From NCBI RefSeq assembly GCF_006345805.1, contig NC_043021.1, forward strand, positions 27,156,001 through 27,220,000: 64,000 nucleotides of DNA. Reading direction: 5' to 3'. Each line of letters begins with the position of its first letter. Positions within the stretch are counted from its first letter, which is position 1. The position numbers were made by a program, and so were the translations under genes. This document shows, in pieces, positions 49,809 to 62,730 of this stretch. The DNA comes from Octopus sinensis. Its lineage: Eukaryota. The notes below the pieces were generated by a model. It ran no database searches. It saw only the letters and a list, made by a program, of their open reading frames with translations, and was not told the DNA's origin.

Positions 49809-52800
49809 CACACACACACATACACACACACTTCATCATAATCATTTAATGTCCGCCTTCCATGCTAGCATGGGTGGAACAGTTTCACAAGAGCCAACCA
49901 GGCCGAAGTTGAAGCCATACTTCTGTGACTGTTTTGGCAGGGTTTCCATGGCTGGATGCCCTTCCTTACACCAACCACTCTGCAGAGTGAACTTAGTGCT
50001 TTTAACATGGCACCACACACACACATCCATCCATAAACCAAACTTCTTTGGCACATCAGCCACCACGCAAGAAGACGATTGATTCTATGAACCAAGACTG
50101 GAAGCTTGTATTTTTGGTTTTAAGAATATAAGAGAAAGAAAACCAGAAGATGAAGAGGAGGAATACAACTCAATCAATGGAATACCTGTGTAGAATCCGA
50201 AGAAACATGTTAAGACAATTGGCCAGGATGAAACCAATGCTGCCGAGATAATGAGTGAAGAGCCAAGAGGCAGTGAGGAAGGAAACGGAGAAGATCAACA
50301 TCATATTGTTGTATCTGAGGAAAAAGAGAAAAGAAATTGCATCAGACAAAATTTATTTGTTTTTTTTTAAGTTCTTCTTTAAATGTTTATTTTCTTCAAC
50401 TATGTATTCTTTCTTTTGTTTTATTTTTTAATTTTTTTTATTTGTGTCAGTCATTGGACTATGACCAAGCTGCAGCACTGGGTTGAAGGGTGGAGTCAAT
50501 CAAATCAAGTTCAGAACATCTTTTTTTCCCTCTAAATCTGGTATTTAGTTTATTGGCCCCTTTTACCAAACTGCATGGTTGTCAGGCAGTGGCACCGGGC
50601 CAAGCACAAAGACACACACATATTAACTCCCAAAGAGTTGGTAGTTACAGTGACCATTCCAGATATGTTCCAGTCTCATTTGACCTCATCAGTGGAGTAA
50701 AAAATGTTGATGCAAGATCTTAGATTAATTTCCAGATGATACGGACTTGGTGCAAAAATAAAATAAAACCACTGATGAGTTTAAACCTAAAAAAATCAGT
50801 GTGACTGCTATGAAATGGTTAATTCGTTAACAATGACGTTAATGAGAAAAAGCCAATAAGTAGTGCAGTCAACAACAAATGAACTGAATAATCTAAACAA
50901 AGTTATCCAGTGTTGAACGGTGATGGAGATGAGAATAATGAGAAATAAAATTATATAAAAAAAAAAATCCAACCAGATTAGGTAACTAACCGATCGACTT
51001 CTTTTTTGCTCATAACAGCAAATACAAAGGACTCTGAGACACCATTCACAGCGATGATCAAAACGTAAACGGTATACCAGCGAAGAAGAACCGGACCTGG
51101 TAAAAGAATGAGACATCATAATCAGTTGTTTCAAGTTTGTTTCCCCTGCTAATATAGACTGGATGCTTCAACAGGATCCAGTGTCTTGAAGGACCAAGCC
51201 GTGCTCCAATCACTCATATTTGACATGGTTTCTACAACCAGACGGACGCCCTTCCTGGTGCCAACCAATTTACAGAGTGGATTGAGTCCTTTTTTTGTTT
51301 GTTTCATGGCACCAGTAAGAGTCCCTGAAACTGAAAGGGAGAAGAGAGAGAAGGGAGTGGCTTCATGCAATTTGTAAGCTTAAAATATAATCCAAGAAAC
51401 AGGAAGAAGTGATTGGGGTGTGAGATGCAGGGTGGCGGTTTCAATTCCCAGCTGTGCATTGTGGTCTCTTCATTTCACATTGTTCCAGTCTACTTACCTG
51501 TAAATGGGTCATCCTGTGATGGATTGGCATACAAAGGTGAAACGATGACTCAGGAAAATCACCTGAATGGAGGACTCATAAGCCATGTTTTATATTCAAC
51601 AATCAAAAGGATGAATGGTACAACCTGTACCTTGAACCATGGCTGGTTGGGATTCGTTCAACCATGTCAAAGCTCAAAAATCAGGAGGAGATTCAGATCT
51701 CAGATTTGTTGGATGCCAACTGTTTACAGAATAGATTGGATGCTTTTTCATGGAACCAGTTCTAGTGAAGTCACCTTGTAAGACTAAAGGGACACACCCC
51801 AATTGACTGAGAAGAAAAACAATGGAAAGTTTTCATTGGGTCTCAAGGAGGCAAAGTGTCTGAGTTCCTTTCGAGTGTTGGGCCCCACGGAGGCAATGGC
51901 CAAGTCTATTTGGCATCATGTCGTGCTTGGGAAGAAGAAGACCCATCAAATCAAGTAAAAATCACAGTTGTGGCAGATACCAGTGTCCTGCAAATGGCAC
52001 CCATGTCAGTGGCACGTAAAAGCAGCCATTACTCTCTCAGAGTGGTTGGCCTTAGGAAGGGCACCCACCCATAGAAAACTATGCCAAATCAGACTGGAGC
52101 CTGGCACAGCCTCCCAGCCTGGTCCAACCCATGCCAGCATGGACAACAGATGTTAAATGATGATGACCATCATCATCCTAATCATCATTATATACCTGTT
52201 TGTCCACCTGTTTTACCTGGTGTTGGATAGACAGGTAGTCTTCAGTGTCTTGCTGCTTATGAATATTTCCCTCATTCGGTTCTTCCCTTCTTCCTCATCT
52301 CCTCCTCTGCATGTTCTTCCCATTTGCATTCCTTGATGCTTCTACACTTTTCACCTTTCACATCAAAATAGGTTTTATTCATCAGCAACGTCTGATCAGC
52401 TCTATTCAAAGAAAAACAAAAAACCACAATGATGCCCTTTCCTTATCTCGCACTATTTACAGTGATTCAAACCCAGAATAAATTAATCTTTACTCCTTCT
52501 GTTACCATATTTCTGCAGACATATGCTGCCTTTATCATAATTAATTGGGTGTTTGGAACATAAATTAACATGAAATTAGCATAAATTAACATAAAGGAAG
52601 GTGTTAATGGAGATTGCTTGAAAACAAAAGTTTTCTGTCACAGAACTAGGGTCAGTCTCGGGCAAATTGGAAAAGGTTAACCTTTTTGCTACCATATTTC
52701 TGTAGACATACTCTGCTTTTGTTTCATGTTGATTTTGAAAATAATGAAGTATTTAGTAAAAATAATTTTGTTATAATAAAAATTGAAACTTTGATGGAAG

Positions 52801-54880
52801 ATTAGGATTCAGATCCCATTTAAAACATATCCAGATTGTTTGTTGTTCAACAGAGTAGAATAGGTGGAGGTTGGTGACAGGAATGAGATGTGGTGTCACC
52901 TGGTGGACAGTTAATGCAAGGGAAATAATCATTTCTTTCTAATATTTGGTGGGATTAGAAGTTTCAATTTGAAATTAAGGAATTTTAAGACGGGGAAAAA
53001 AAAAGATGCATAGAATGCCCACGTTGACTTTTTTCTTTTTTTGCTTATCAGAAATTAAGAATTTTTAGCCAAGAATCATTGTATCCAGTTGTAATAACAT
53101 TTAAAAAGAACTTTCAAATTTACAAATAGGAAAAACTTATGTAGCCATGGAAATATGAAAAAAAAAAAAAAAGCATAAAAGAGATGGTGAGAGAAAATTA
53201 AAAGAGGAAAATGAGGAGAAAGAATTTCTTGTTGCTGACCTGATGATGAGCTGAGCATTGACCCTCCATACATGTCCAACGCAAGGAAAGAGTAGGAATA
53301 ACCATAGACCAAGATAGTCAGCCCTATAAGGGTCACTCCAGTCAAGAGGATTCTTAATACAGTTGCTGCCATTCTTGCAGATTCCTGAAAAGGAAAGAGT
53401 AGATTCTAAGGTCCACAGAACTACACACAAACATATCTGAATCCATGTACAAATGTACACATCATCATCATCATCATCATTTCACATTGGTTGTCCATGC
53501 TGGCATCGGCTGAATGGGTCGGACAGGATACAAAAGGTCGGTGAAGCACGTCATGTTCCAGTGTCTCACTTTTGACAGGGTTTCTATGGCTGGATGCCCC
53601 TTCTTAGCACCAACAATGACACAGGGAGTAGTCCTGGGGAGGGGGAAGAGGGCTCTCTTCCAGGTGATGAGAAGCTGGAGAAAGAATACAGGGATAGAAA
53701 CAGGTGTCTTGCAGTAAAAGAAATGCATGGTAAACCACCCAGGTGGAAAGTGAGTGTGGGGGGTGATGGTTGGTGGAGGGGAGAGAGAGAGAGAGAACGA
53801 AAATGGTGAAAAAGAAGTGATGAGGCATACAAGCAAATTAAAGGTAAGTGTATAAAGGCAGAGAGGGTTGGAGGGTGGGTAAGTTTGTAAGATGTGAAAG
53901 ATGAGTGGAATACAGTGAGTGATTACAGGTAGAGGCAGAAGGTGTTTTGAGGATATTTTGTGGGAGAAAGAGAGAGGAAGAGAGTCGTGGGAGTGAGGTT
54001 TGTCAGAGACAGAATGCTTGCTAGGGGATGGACCTAAACAACATCGCTTTGTGGCTTTTGTTTTATTTAGCTGGATAGGTCTCTTCAAGCACAGCAAATC
54101 CCCAGTCGTCTCAGTCCTTTGTCATCTCCTTTGTGAGGCTCAACATCTGAAGATCATTTTTCTACCACTTTGTCCCATGTCTTTTAAAGATTCCCTCCAC
54201 GTCTAGAGATCAGCACCTCTTTATGTAGCTAGCCTCATCCATACACATGAGACCATACCAGCACAGTTTTCTCCCTCACACTCTACATGTGATGCCTCTG
54301 ACACCTAATTTTTCTTCCAGCATATTTATACACTGTTTTACATGTTCACTGACATCCAGCAAAGCATGCTGGCTTCAATTCTCCCAAGCCTTCACATGTC
54401 TCCTGTAGTCACAGCCCACATTTCACTCACATGCAAGCATCATACAATGTGCATTTCACTCTGACGGAGAGGCCTCTTGCTACCAATAAAGGTGATAGCT
54501 CTCTGAACTTTGTACAGTAAGCTCTTCCAGCCAATATATATATGTATATATATATATATATATATATCATCATCATCATCATCATCATCGTTTAACGTCC
54601 GCTTTCCATGCTAGCATGGGTTGGACAGTTCAACTGGGGTCTGGGAAGCCAGGAGACTGCACCAGGCATCAGTCTGATCTGGCAGTGTTTCTACAGCTGG
54701 ATGCCCTTCCTAACGCCAACTACTCTGTGAGTGTAATGGGTCCCTTGTTAACAATTAACACGGAAAAAAATAGATAAATAGTTACCAGGGTAGCAAAAAA
54801 TTTAATGCAGGTGTAATTCAAATACTTTTACTTCCGATATATGTTTTGAAGATATCACTGATATTATTCCAAATCAGTGG

Positions 54881-54944
<64 letters not shown>

Positions 54945-57207
54945 AGAACATGAGTTGATATATATATAAGGAGAATAAGCCAAGGGAGAAAATGCTAAAA
55001 TAATTTTATCATGAAAAACATTTTAGTACCGGTTTCAGCCTTGGTAACTTTTTCAACTTAGAGTAAAGCAGGTACTAAAATATTCTTCACGATAAAATTA
55101 TTTTAGCATTTTCTACCTTGTCTTATTTTCCTTATATATATACACACACACACACACATATATACCCAACAGTTTCTATAGCCAGAAGTACTCCCTGTCG
55201 TCAACCTTCACTTGTTACTAAGATAATATTTCCCCATGGCTGGACGTGGTTTTTACAGAATATTGGAAACAAACAACCCCGCACATATGACAGTGATGCT
55301 CGTTTACAGCTGTTGTGTTATGCAAAGTGAAGACAAGGAGACACAAACCTTTGATTGTTGCTTCAGGGTTTTACCACGGAACAGCAGCTGAGAGAAAAAC
55401 AGGTAGCTGCTCTCTTCTATGGGGCAAAAGAGAAACCTCGGCACCAGCGAACCAAGATTATGAATGATGTCATAGATTCCTGTAAGAAATCAAAAATACA
55501 AACATGTCAGATTTTCTTTCTTTTTGTTTTGTTTATTCAGTCAATAATTCCTAGAACTGACTTCTTCTCAATTTTATGTTTTTTCATCATATTTCTTGGG
55601 TTCAGTTCCACTGTGTGGCACCTTGAGCAAGTGTCTTCTAATAAAGGCTCTGATGAACCAAGGCCTTATGAGGTGGGGATTTGATAGACAGAAACTGAAA
55701 GAAGCCTGCTGTGTGTGTGTGTGTGTGTGTGTGCACCTCTGTCTTGGCATCAAACAATGGCTGTAGGTGAACATCACGACTATACAAGCTATGGTGAACC
55801 TTTTTCTAATCTTCAGTGAAAAACATGTCTAGCTATCTGGAAACAGGTAAGGGTTGGTGACAGGAAGGGCATCCAGGCATCCCTAGACTAGGGCAGAGAG
55901 GTAACAGGCTACGATTTGTGAAGATAATATTCGAATTGTTATAGGTTAACCCTTTGATACTAACCCATTTAAGACTGGCCTTGGTACTACGATACAAATT
56001 CTCTGTTTTAAATTAAATTAAGGCATTCTGTTAAAACTTCATGTTCCAAACATTAGCTCAATAATGACAAACGAATGTCTAGAGCAGTAGTTTTCAACCA
56101 GGGTTCCACCAGTACAGTCCAGGGGTTCTGCAAGAAGTTACAAAACTGCTAAAATCGGCAGTAATTTTTAATTCTCTTGTGCAGATATGTGTGCATAAGA
56201 CTATTAAATTATTGCACAGGGGTTGCTCGAGCCAGTGGAATGTTTCCTTGGGGTTCCGCTCCAGCAAAAAGTCTGAAAAGCACTGGTCTAGAGAAATATA
56301 GTAAGAACAGACTTGAAGCGATCTAAATGAACAGCTTCCATTTCAACTTCCTGTCAGTTTATGTTCCAAACACCAGCTTAAGAATAACAAAGTTTATTTT
56401 AATAAATTTTTCATTGTTTTCAAAAATAATTGAAACAAAGTCAATTCTGTTACCATATTTCAACAGAAATATGGTAACAAAAGAGTTCGACATAACATAA
56501 AAGTAAGAATTACTTAAAGCTCTGCAAATCATGTTTTCCACTTACCTTGATCAGCGAAAGAAAGCACTTGGAAAATCGTCATAACATATTTCTCACCTGA
56601 AATACAAAAAACATTGCTTTTGTACCTTTTCAAAGCCACATAGCAGCAGAGATCAATCAAAATCAATCACTATGACTAATGACTTTATGCTTGATAAGTA
56701 AACTGCAGCTAGCTTGACCTGGCTCGTGCTGGCACCATTTAAAAAGCACCTGTACTGGTGCCAGGTAAAAGGTGTCCATCCTGGTGCCACATAAATAGCA
56801 CCTTTGCCGGATCCACATAAATAGCACCATGCATAAAGCACCCACACTGGTGCCACATAAAAAGCGCCTGTGTTGTTTAGGAAGGGCATCCAGTCTTAGA
56901 AACCATGTGAAAACAGACAACTGGAGTCTGGAGCAGATCTCCAGTTCCATACCAGCATGGAAAACGGACCTTAAATGATGATAATGATGACGATTCTATA
57001 GTAAGCTATAATTTTTTAATGTTAGCATGGTTGGTGGTATTGGTGGTGGTAATGATGATGATGATGATGATGGTGGTGGTGCCAATGGTGACAATAGTGA
57101 ATTACCTTCTGTAAGGATCTGTTTCAGGAAAGATTGCTTCATGAAGCTCCAAGTCAAACTGGTCAAGTCTCTGTTAATAAAGGGCTACAAGAGGGAAATA
57201 TATATAA

Positions 57208-57249
<42 letters not shown>

Positions 57250-57387
57250 TAGATAGATAGAAAGATAAATATAAATATACATTATATATCTTCACTATAT
57301 ATATATGTGTGTGTATGCGTGTGTCCAACCCATGCCAGCATGGGTTAAATGATGATGATGATATATATATATATACACACATAAAAA

Positions 57388-57418
<31 letters not shown>

Positions 57419-60400
57419 CACATAAATATATATATATATATATATATATCTACACACACACACAAATATATATCTATATATTATCGATACAAACTTCAAT
57501 AAACGTGTGAGAACAAGAGCTAACATTTTATTTAATAAAATGTCAAAAAGCTTGGTTCAAATTTTTTAAAACTGAGACGATTTTAAATTCTGAGATGTTT
57601 TTAGGAAGTGCTTTCTACAGTTTATATATTCTCGTTCTCCTTTTTCTCTCTCTTTTTTCTCTCCCTCATGTTACATTCTACCCCCCCCCCCGTTCCTTTA
57701 CTCTCTCTCTCTTTCAATCTGATTTCCTTTGCTTTTTTCTTCACACATTTCTTTCTTCCTTCCACCCTTATTTTCTCCCTCATCCCTCCTCTTCATCATT
57801 TCACACCTTTTTTCCCCCCTTTATCACTCTCTTTCTCTCTCCCTCTGTCTCCTTTCCTTTCCCCCACCCTCCTGCCTTTCTTTTCTTACATTTTTCCTTC
57901 TCTCTTTCTACTCCTCCTTTCTTTACTCTCTCTCTCTCTCTCTCCCTATCCCTTATTCTTTTCCCTTTATCATTGTCATCATTTAACATCCATGGCATGG
58001 GAAACACATTTAACAGGACCCAGTGAATCCAAGGACTGCATCAGGGTCCAACATCTGCTTTGGAAGGGTTTTCTACAGCAGCACCCACACCCATCCTGAC
58101 ACCAACCACTTTACAGGGTGGAATGGATGCTTCTTTCATGACACCGGCATGACCAAGCCTGCAAGACCAAGAGATCCCTTTCAACTGGGCAGAGCCACAG
58201 TAAAGAAAGGGGTGACTTTAAGTTAGGAGCCGAGGGGGTTGAAGTATGAGAGAAGGGGGTAGAATAAGAGAAGAGACTTGCTGTAGAAGAGATGCACTGT
58301 ACCTCACATTATAGAAAAGGTAGTTGCACCTCGTCCCATTGACTTCTCAATTACAGCCACTTCAACCCCATCCACCCGACCTTCAGTAATCCCCGAAGCC
58401 ACAGGCATTTATTTATTTGTTTTGATGTTTGGACTTTTATCAAACCCCCAACTCCTTTCATTGAATGATTTACAGTATTATTACTTCAAAGTGAAATGTT
58501 TTGAAAAGTGGTGACATGAAACTCAGAATAAACAACTGTCAAAAATCCAGTTCTACCGTGTAGATATATAATACAATGACGGACTCTCCCATCATTAGAT
58601 GGAGTACAAGCAGTGTTGCCAACTTAAAATCAGAATTTTATGCTAAATTGGCAACCCTGAGTACAAGGCAATTTTTGGCCGAACAACCAAACGGTTTGTT
58701 AAGAGAGAACAACTGATTCTCTCCCTTTGATGCTCCCAGCTTAGCACCAACCATTGTTGCCAGATTATGTTCCTTACTCGAAGAACTGATCATCACTTGA
58801 GACGTTCTATGTTTGAAAAGTTGTTCATAAACCGAAGTTCCACTGTATTTGTTTGGATCAAATATAACCTGGTGCAGCATCTTTCTACTGAAATCGTATC
58901 TATTCATTATACTCTGCTGCTTGCTATTAATATTAATTGATTAATTAATTCTATTCAGATTTTTTTTTGGTCAATATATACCATCTCCCACTTCATATAT
59001 TTACTTGCTTTTGGAATCTTTTTATATCTCTTCTTATAAGTAGAGTCCAATCCATCTGAGACCACCTCTGATAGTTTAAAATAAATCTAAACTAAACCCT
59101 TCCATCGAAACTTGATGCTAATTTATGATCCAAACACCAGATTAATAAGGACCAGGCTATTCTACTAAATTCTTTGCTATTTTCAAAATTCCCTACAAAA
59201 CAGGCCAGTGTATTTCAGCAGAAATATTTTAACAGAAGGGTTAAAGTGGTCGAAGTTAAAACCTTCCATCAACAATTCCACCATGTTAATCCATGTTCCA
59301 AACACAAGTTTAATAACGACAAAGTTATTTTATTAAATTCTTCATTTTGAAAACTAAATGAAACAAAGGCTCTCAGTTGAGATTTGGCACCAAAAAGGTT
59401 AAGTGACCTTGAATCACTAAGTCCCATACCTGGTTCTGAAGAAATTTTGGGAAAAAATCTCTGAATGTTTTCAATGGGAAATCTTTGTTGTCCTTCCGTT
59501 GTTGAATGTAGAATATAAAGAAGACATAAAATGCTCCCACATAGACTGTCATGGAAAGCACCTGGAGAAATAAGGAGAGACAAGAAACAGTGCATCGTAT
59601 GGATAAATTCAAATGGCAGGAGAGTTCCTTATGCAATATCATAGGAAAACAATCGGAAAGCATTGGACAAAAACTATACAAAGGTTTCAAATTCTGGTAT
59701 AAAACCAGCAATTTTAGAGGAAGGAATAGTTTGCTTATATTGGCGCCAATGCTTAACTGATAATTATTTCATCAACCCCTGAAAGGGATGAAAGGTAAAG
59801 TCAACTGCAGTGGAGTTTGAACCCCAGAATGTAAAACCAGAAGAAATGCTGCTAAGCAGTTTGTCAAGCAGGCTAACGATTCCATCAGCTTGCCATTTTT
59901 ATATAAAACTATATAATAGACATGAATGAATTGTAAACAAATGTTATGGTGAAATATTTTAGGATAATGGCACTCAGACATGGCTGTATAGTTAAAAGAT
60001 TTGCTTCCCAATCTTGTGTTTCAGGGTTCAGTCCCACTGTGTGACACCTTGGACAAGTGTTCTCTGTTACTATAGCCCCAGGCCAACCAAAGTCATGTCA
60101 GAGGATTTGGTTTCGATATCAATTTTGTGCTATCCAACTAAAGTTTGGAAGCCTTCAATTTCTGGTGCCTTCTTTCTATAAGAGGGATACCCCCTTCACC
60201 TACTTGGGTCTCCATGACAAAGGGTCTTGGAAACCATTTGGCACACCTGTTGTTTTCCATGCAATGACTTATTGTTGAAGGAAACCAGCAGGGATCATGC
60301 ACCATCCAGGTTCTAACAAGACTTCCTTTCTTCATGGGTCTTGAAGTTCTGCTGATATTAGGGAATCAATTTGATTGGAAAGCACCGTATTCATTAACTA

Positions 60401-61138
60401 GACCAAAACCACACACACACACAAACAATAATAATATTCTATGTACATGTATATTCAGAGAGAATTAATGGTGAGATCAGCTTACCTGAGCTAATGAAAA
60501 TATAATGAGTCCTAAATGTGGTTTATAGATAACGAGGAACATCGTTAAGGCAGCTTTAACAATGAGAAGCAGGCCTTCCATTAACACCTGTAGAGAGATA
60601 TTTATCATGATCATCATCATCAACATCATTATCATCATGTCTATGTATATTTTTTCATGCAAACTTGGGTTGGAATGGTTGTCATAGTCCAAGGAACAGG
60701 GATCAGAATCTAAATGGAATGGTAGAGTAAAGGAAAGGAGAGAAAGGTGGTGAAAAGTGCCAGGGCATACCCTCAAGGTATGGAGGGTATAATGTAAGTG
60801 GCAGGGTATTGCCAAAGAAGCATAATGGTCAAGAGTAGTGCAGTGACTGGTGAAAATCAGGGTGTATAGAGGGAGTGGGGCAATACGGGAGCAGGGTGGT
60901 GGGGACAGGATTGGGGAGTGAGAGATAAGCATTGTGTATGAAGAGGAAATGTGAGGAAGAGAAGAGATGTAGTTTGGTTTGTTGGGGTAGGGTGTGTGGA
61001 AGGTTTTATTGTTACGTGTGGGTGGAAAACAGCGTTTCTAGAACTCAGTTTTGCTGATGTGGGTGGATCATCTCAAGAACCTCATAATGCCAAACATCTC
61101 AATCCAATCCATTGTCATTTCCTCCATGAGACCAAACG

Positions 61139-61169
<31 letters not shown>

Positions 61170-62213
61170 TGTATGTATGTATGGTGTTTGAAGTGGTGTA
61201 CAGATTTTGTATATTGAGAAAAAGGAGGCAGTCAGAATTTTGGATAATTCTTTATTAGTGCTTTCATTCATTTATCAAACTCGTCAAGACAAAGTCAAAA
61301 TGGTAAAAAAATACACACACATACAGACACACATACACATACACACACACACACACATACATACATACATACATACATACATACACACACATACATACAC
61401 ACACACACACAGCCTGTTATCAGGGCTTCTGTGTAAAAGTCTTCACAAGTTTCATTTATTCGATTCCATCTAATTTATATCTGTCTAAAAGTCTTGCTAA
61501 CGATAGTAACATTGGTAACTAGGGTGGCATCAACAATTTGCATGGCAGATGATGTCCCGATTCCACAGAGTTTATCATTTCCCCTTCCTGTCCTTTTCTA
61601 AGTGAGTCATTTTTAACAAGAAATTAAAACAAAATATCAATAAAAATATCTCTTATAGAAAGGTGCCAATTACTTACCTTAAGTTTGACAAACATAAACG
61701 CTTGTGTAATCACCCAGAGAGGTTGAGCAATTACCTCAATGACTGTTGATGCAGCAAAGGCAAACACTCCTATACTGTAGTGAGGTACAATTAAGGGATC
61801 GGGTCTTTGAAGTAGGTGGAGCCATATTGCACCCAAGGCAGTGCTAGCAACAGCAGCACAAGGAACACTGGAAGCAAGGTGATGGTAAATATACATTTAT
61901 TAACTACAAAACTGAAAACAAAGGACAATTCTTCAGAAAAGTCATTTTCATTCTGAAATAAATTTTGTCTTTTAAAAATATAAGAGGAAATAATAAATAA
62001 AATCACATTGATGGTTATTTTCACTATTTTAGACTGAAATGATTTTTGTTAGGATGAGATAAGCAGCAGCAGCAGTAGTATTAGTAGTTTACTCACGTCA
62101 GCCACAACAAATTAATGACTTGTGTCCACGAAGTTTTCCCTGCATGACTCAAACAGGCTCGGTTGAACGCTTCCCGTGAAATAAATATACCAGTGCTGTA
62201 CAGCAGAGTTAGT
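46225..62213 (-). CDS. RFT1: Protein RFT1 homolog (Man5GlcNAc2-PP-dolichol translocation protein); multi-exon gene, 12 coding exons visible, first exons lie beyond 64000
   Basis: Manual splicing of 12 GT-AG exons gives one uninterrupted frame (1492 nt = 1 + 497 codons including TAG). Peptides such as [80 protein letters not shown] and [22 protein letters not shown] match RFT1 family motifs as I recall them. Exon sizes match recalled human RFT1 exon sizes. Confidence 0.97.
47040..48585 (+). mobile_element. RTE-clade LINE, 5'-truncated, in the last RFT1 intron and antisense to it; PHD-type finger inside RT; (ATG)n tail
   Basis: [25 protein letters not shown]4HC3 finger at 47322-47453, [32 protein letters not shown]; one frame interrupted only by stops. 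Confidence 0.92.
49155..49275 (-). CDS. RFT1: RFT1 exon (121 nt): (S)[40 protein letters not shown]
   Basis: Acceptor gttgcag|T, donor GAG|gtgagc; lies within ORF 49101..49298. Confidence 0.92.
50186..50314 (-). CDS. RFT1: RFT1 exon (129 nt): (R)[42 protein letters not shown](S)
   Basis: Acceptor tcctcag|A, donor AG|gtattc. Confidence 0.95.
50991..51096 (-). CDS. RFT1: RFT1 exon (106 nt): (G)[34 protein letters not shown](R)
   Basis: Acceptor ttaccag|GT, donor CG|gttagt. Confidence 0.96.
53240..53384 (-). CDS. RFT1: RFT1 exon (145 nt): [48 protein letters not shown](G)
   Basis: Acceptor ttttcag|GAA, donor G|gtcagc. Confidence 0.95.
54961..55140. repeat. Inverted repeat with 70-bp arms and 40-bp spacer, TA-rich ends, in an RFT1 intron
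   Basis: 54961-55030 pairs with 55071-55140 (AGAAAATGCTAAAATAATTTTATC / GATAAAATTATTTTAGCATTTTCT), several mismatches. Confidence 0.9.
55349..55479 (-). CDS. RFT1: RFT1 exon (131 nt): (G)[43 protein letters not shown]
   Basis: Acceptor cttacag|GA, donor AAG|gtttgt. Confidence 0.96.
56546..56596 (-). CDS. RFT1: RFT1 exon (51 nt): (G)[16 protein letters not shown](G)
   Basis: Acceptor tttcag|GT, donor G|gtaagt. Confidence 0.95.
57106..57184 (-). CDS. RFT1: RFT1 exon (79 nt): [26 protein letters not shown](G)
   Basis: Acceptor cttgtag|CCC, donor G|gtaatt; conserved [12 protein letters not shown] motif. Confidence 0.96.
59430..59561 (-). CDS. RFT1: RFT1 exon (132 nt): [44 protein letters not shown]
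   Basis: Acceptor tctccag|GTG, donor CAG|gtatgg; phase 0/0 fits neighbours. Confidence 0.9.
60486..60587 (-). CDS. RFT1: RFT1 exon (102 nt): [34 protein letters not shown]
   Basis: Acceptor tctacag|GTG, donor CAG|gtaag. Confidence 0.95.
61678..61867 (-). CDS. RFT1: RFT1 exon (190 nt): [63 protein letters not shown]
   Basis: Acceptor cttccag|T, donor AAG|gtaagt; lies within ORF 61624..61896. Confidence 0.95.
62097..62213 (-). CDS. RFT1: RFT1 exon (117 nt): (R)[38 protein letters not shown](T)
   Basis: Acceptor cctgtag|A, donor AC|gtgagt; open frame. Confidence 0.95.
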
Positions 62214-62599
62214 CTACAGGGGATAAAAAGAAAAACAAACAAAACTTAAAACAATGTAATGAGGTCACATGACCAATTCAAACAGTACAAAAGCGATGAT
62301 GATGATGATGATGATGGAGACATCAATTTTAGCTCCATTCCATCATTTAGATGTGGTGGTGGTGGTGGTGGTGGATGAGTGGAAGATGTAGACTTGGTGG
62401 GATAAATATGGTTTCAGGTCCAAAGAATTGAAGGAAAAGGAGTTTAGGGAATTCATCCTCATCATTTTAATGTCCACTTTTCCATGCTTTTTACTACTAC
62501 TACTACTACTACTACTACTATACTAGCACCACTATTGTCATTTCACTTGCTCCAGCTAATTCAGTAAGAGAGAACAACCTGTTGTCAAGGACCTCACAG

Positions 62600-62730
62600 G
62601 TACTTAACATCCAAACACCAATCTAAAAATCCTTGCTGTCCCCAACAAAGCAGTTTTCTGAGCATCTTCTACTTTCATGTCAATTCCAATTTCACCAACA
62701 AATTTCTCAAAATTGGTTGTTAATGTTCCA
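62600..62730 (-). mobile_element. R4/Dong-like extreme C-terminal fragment
   Basis: GTLTTNFEKFVGEIGIDMKVEDAQKTALLGTARIFRL; homologous to 24340-24450. Confidence 0.8.

Noticed and set aside
53076-53372. Stand-alone 98-aa membrane protein ORF (likewise 61624..61896, 60477..60932, 59373..59711, 49101..49298)
   Set aside because: Each is an RFT1 exon with read-through into intron.
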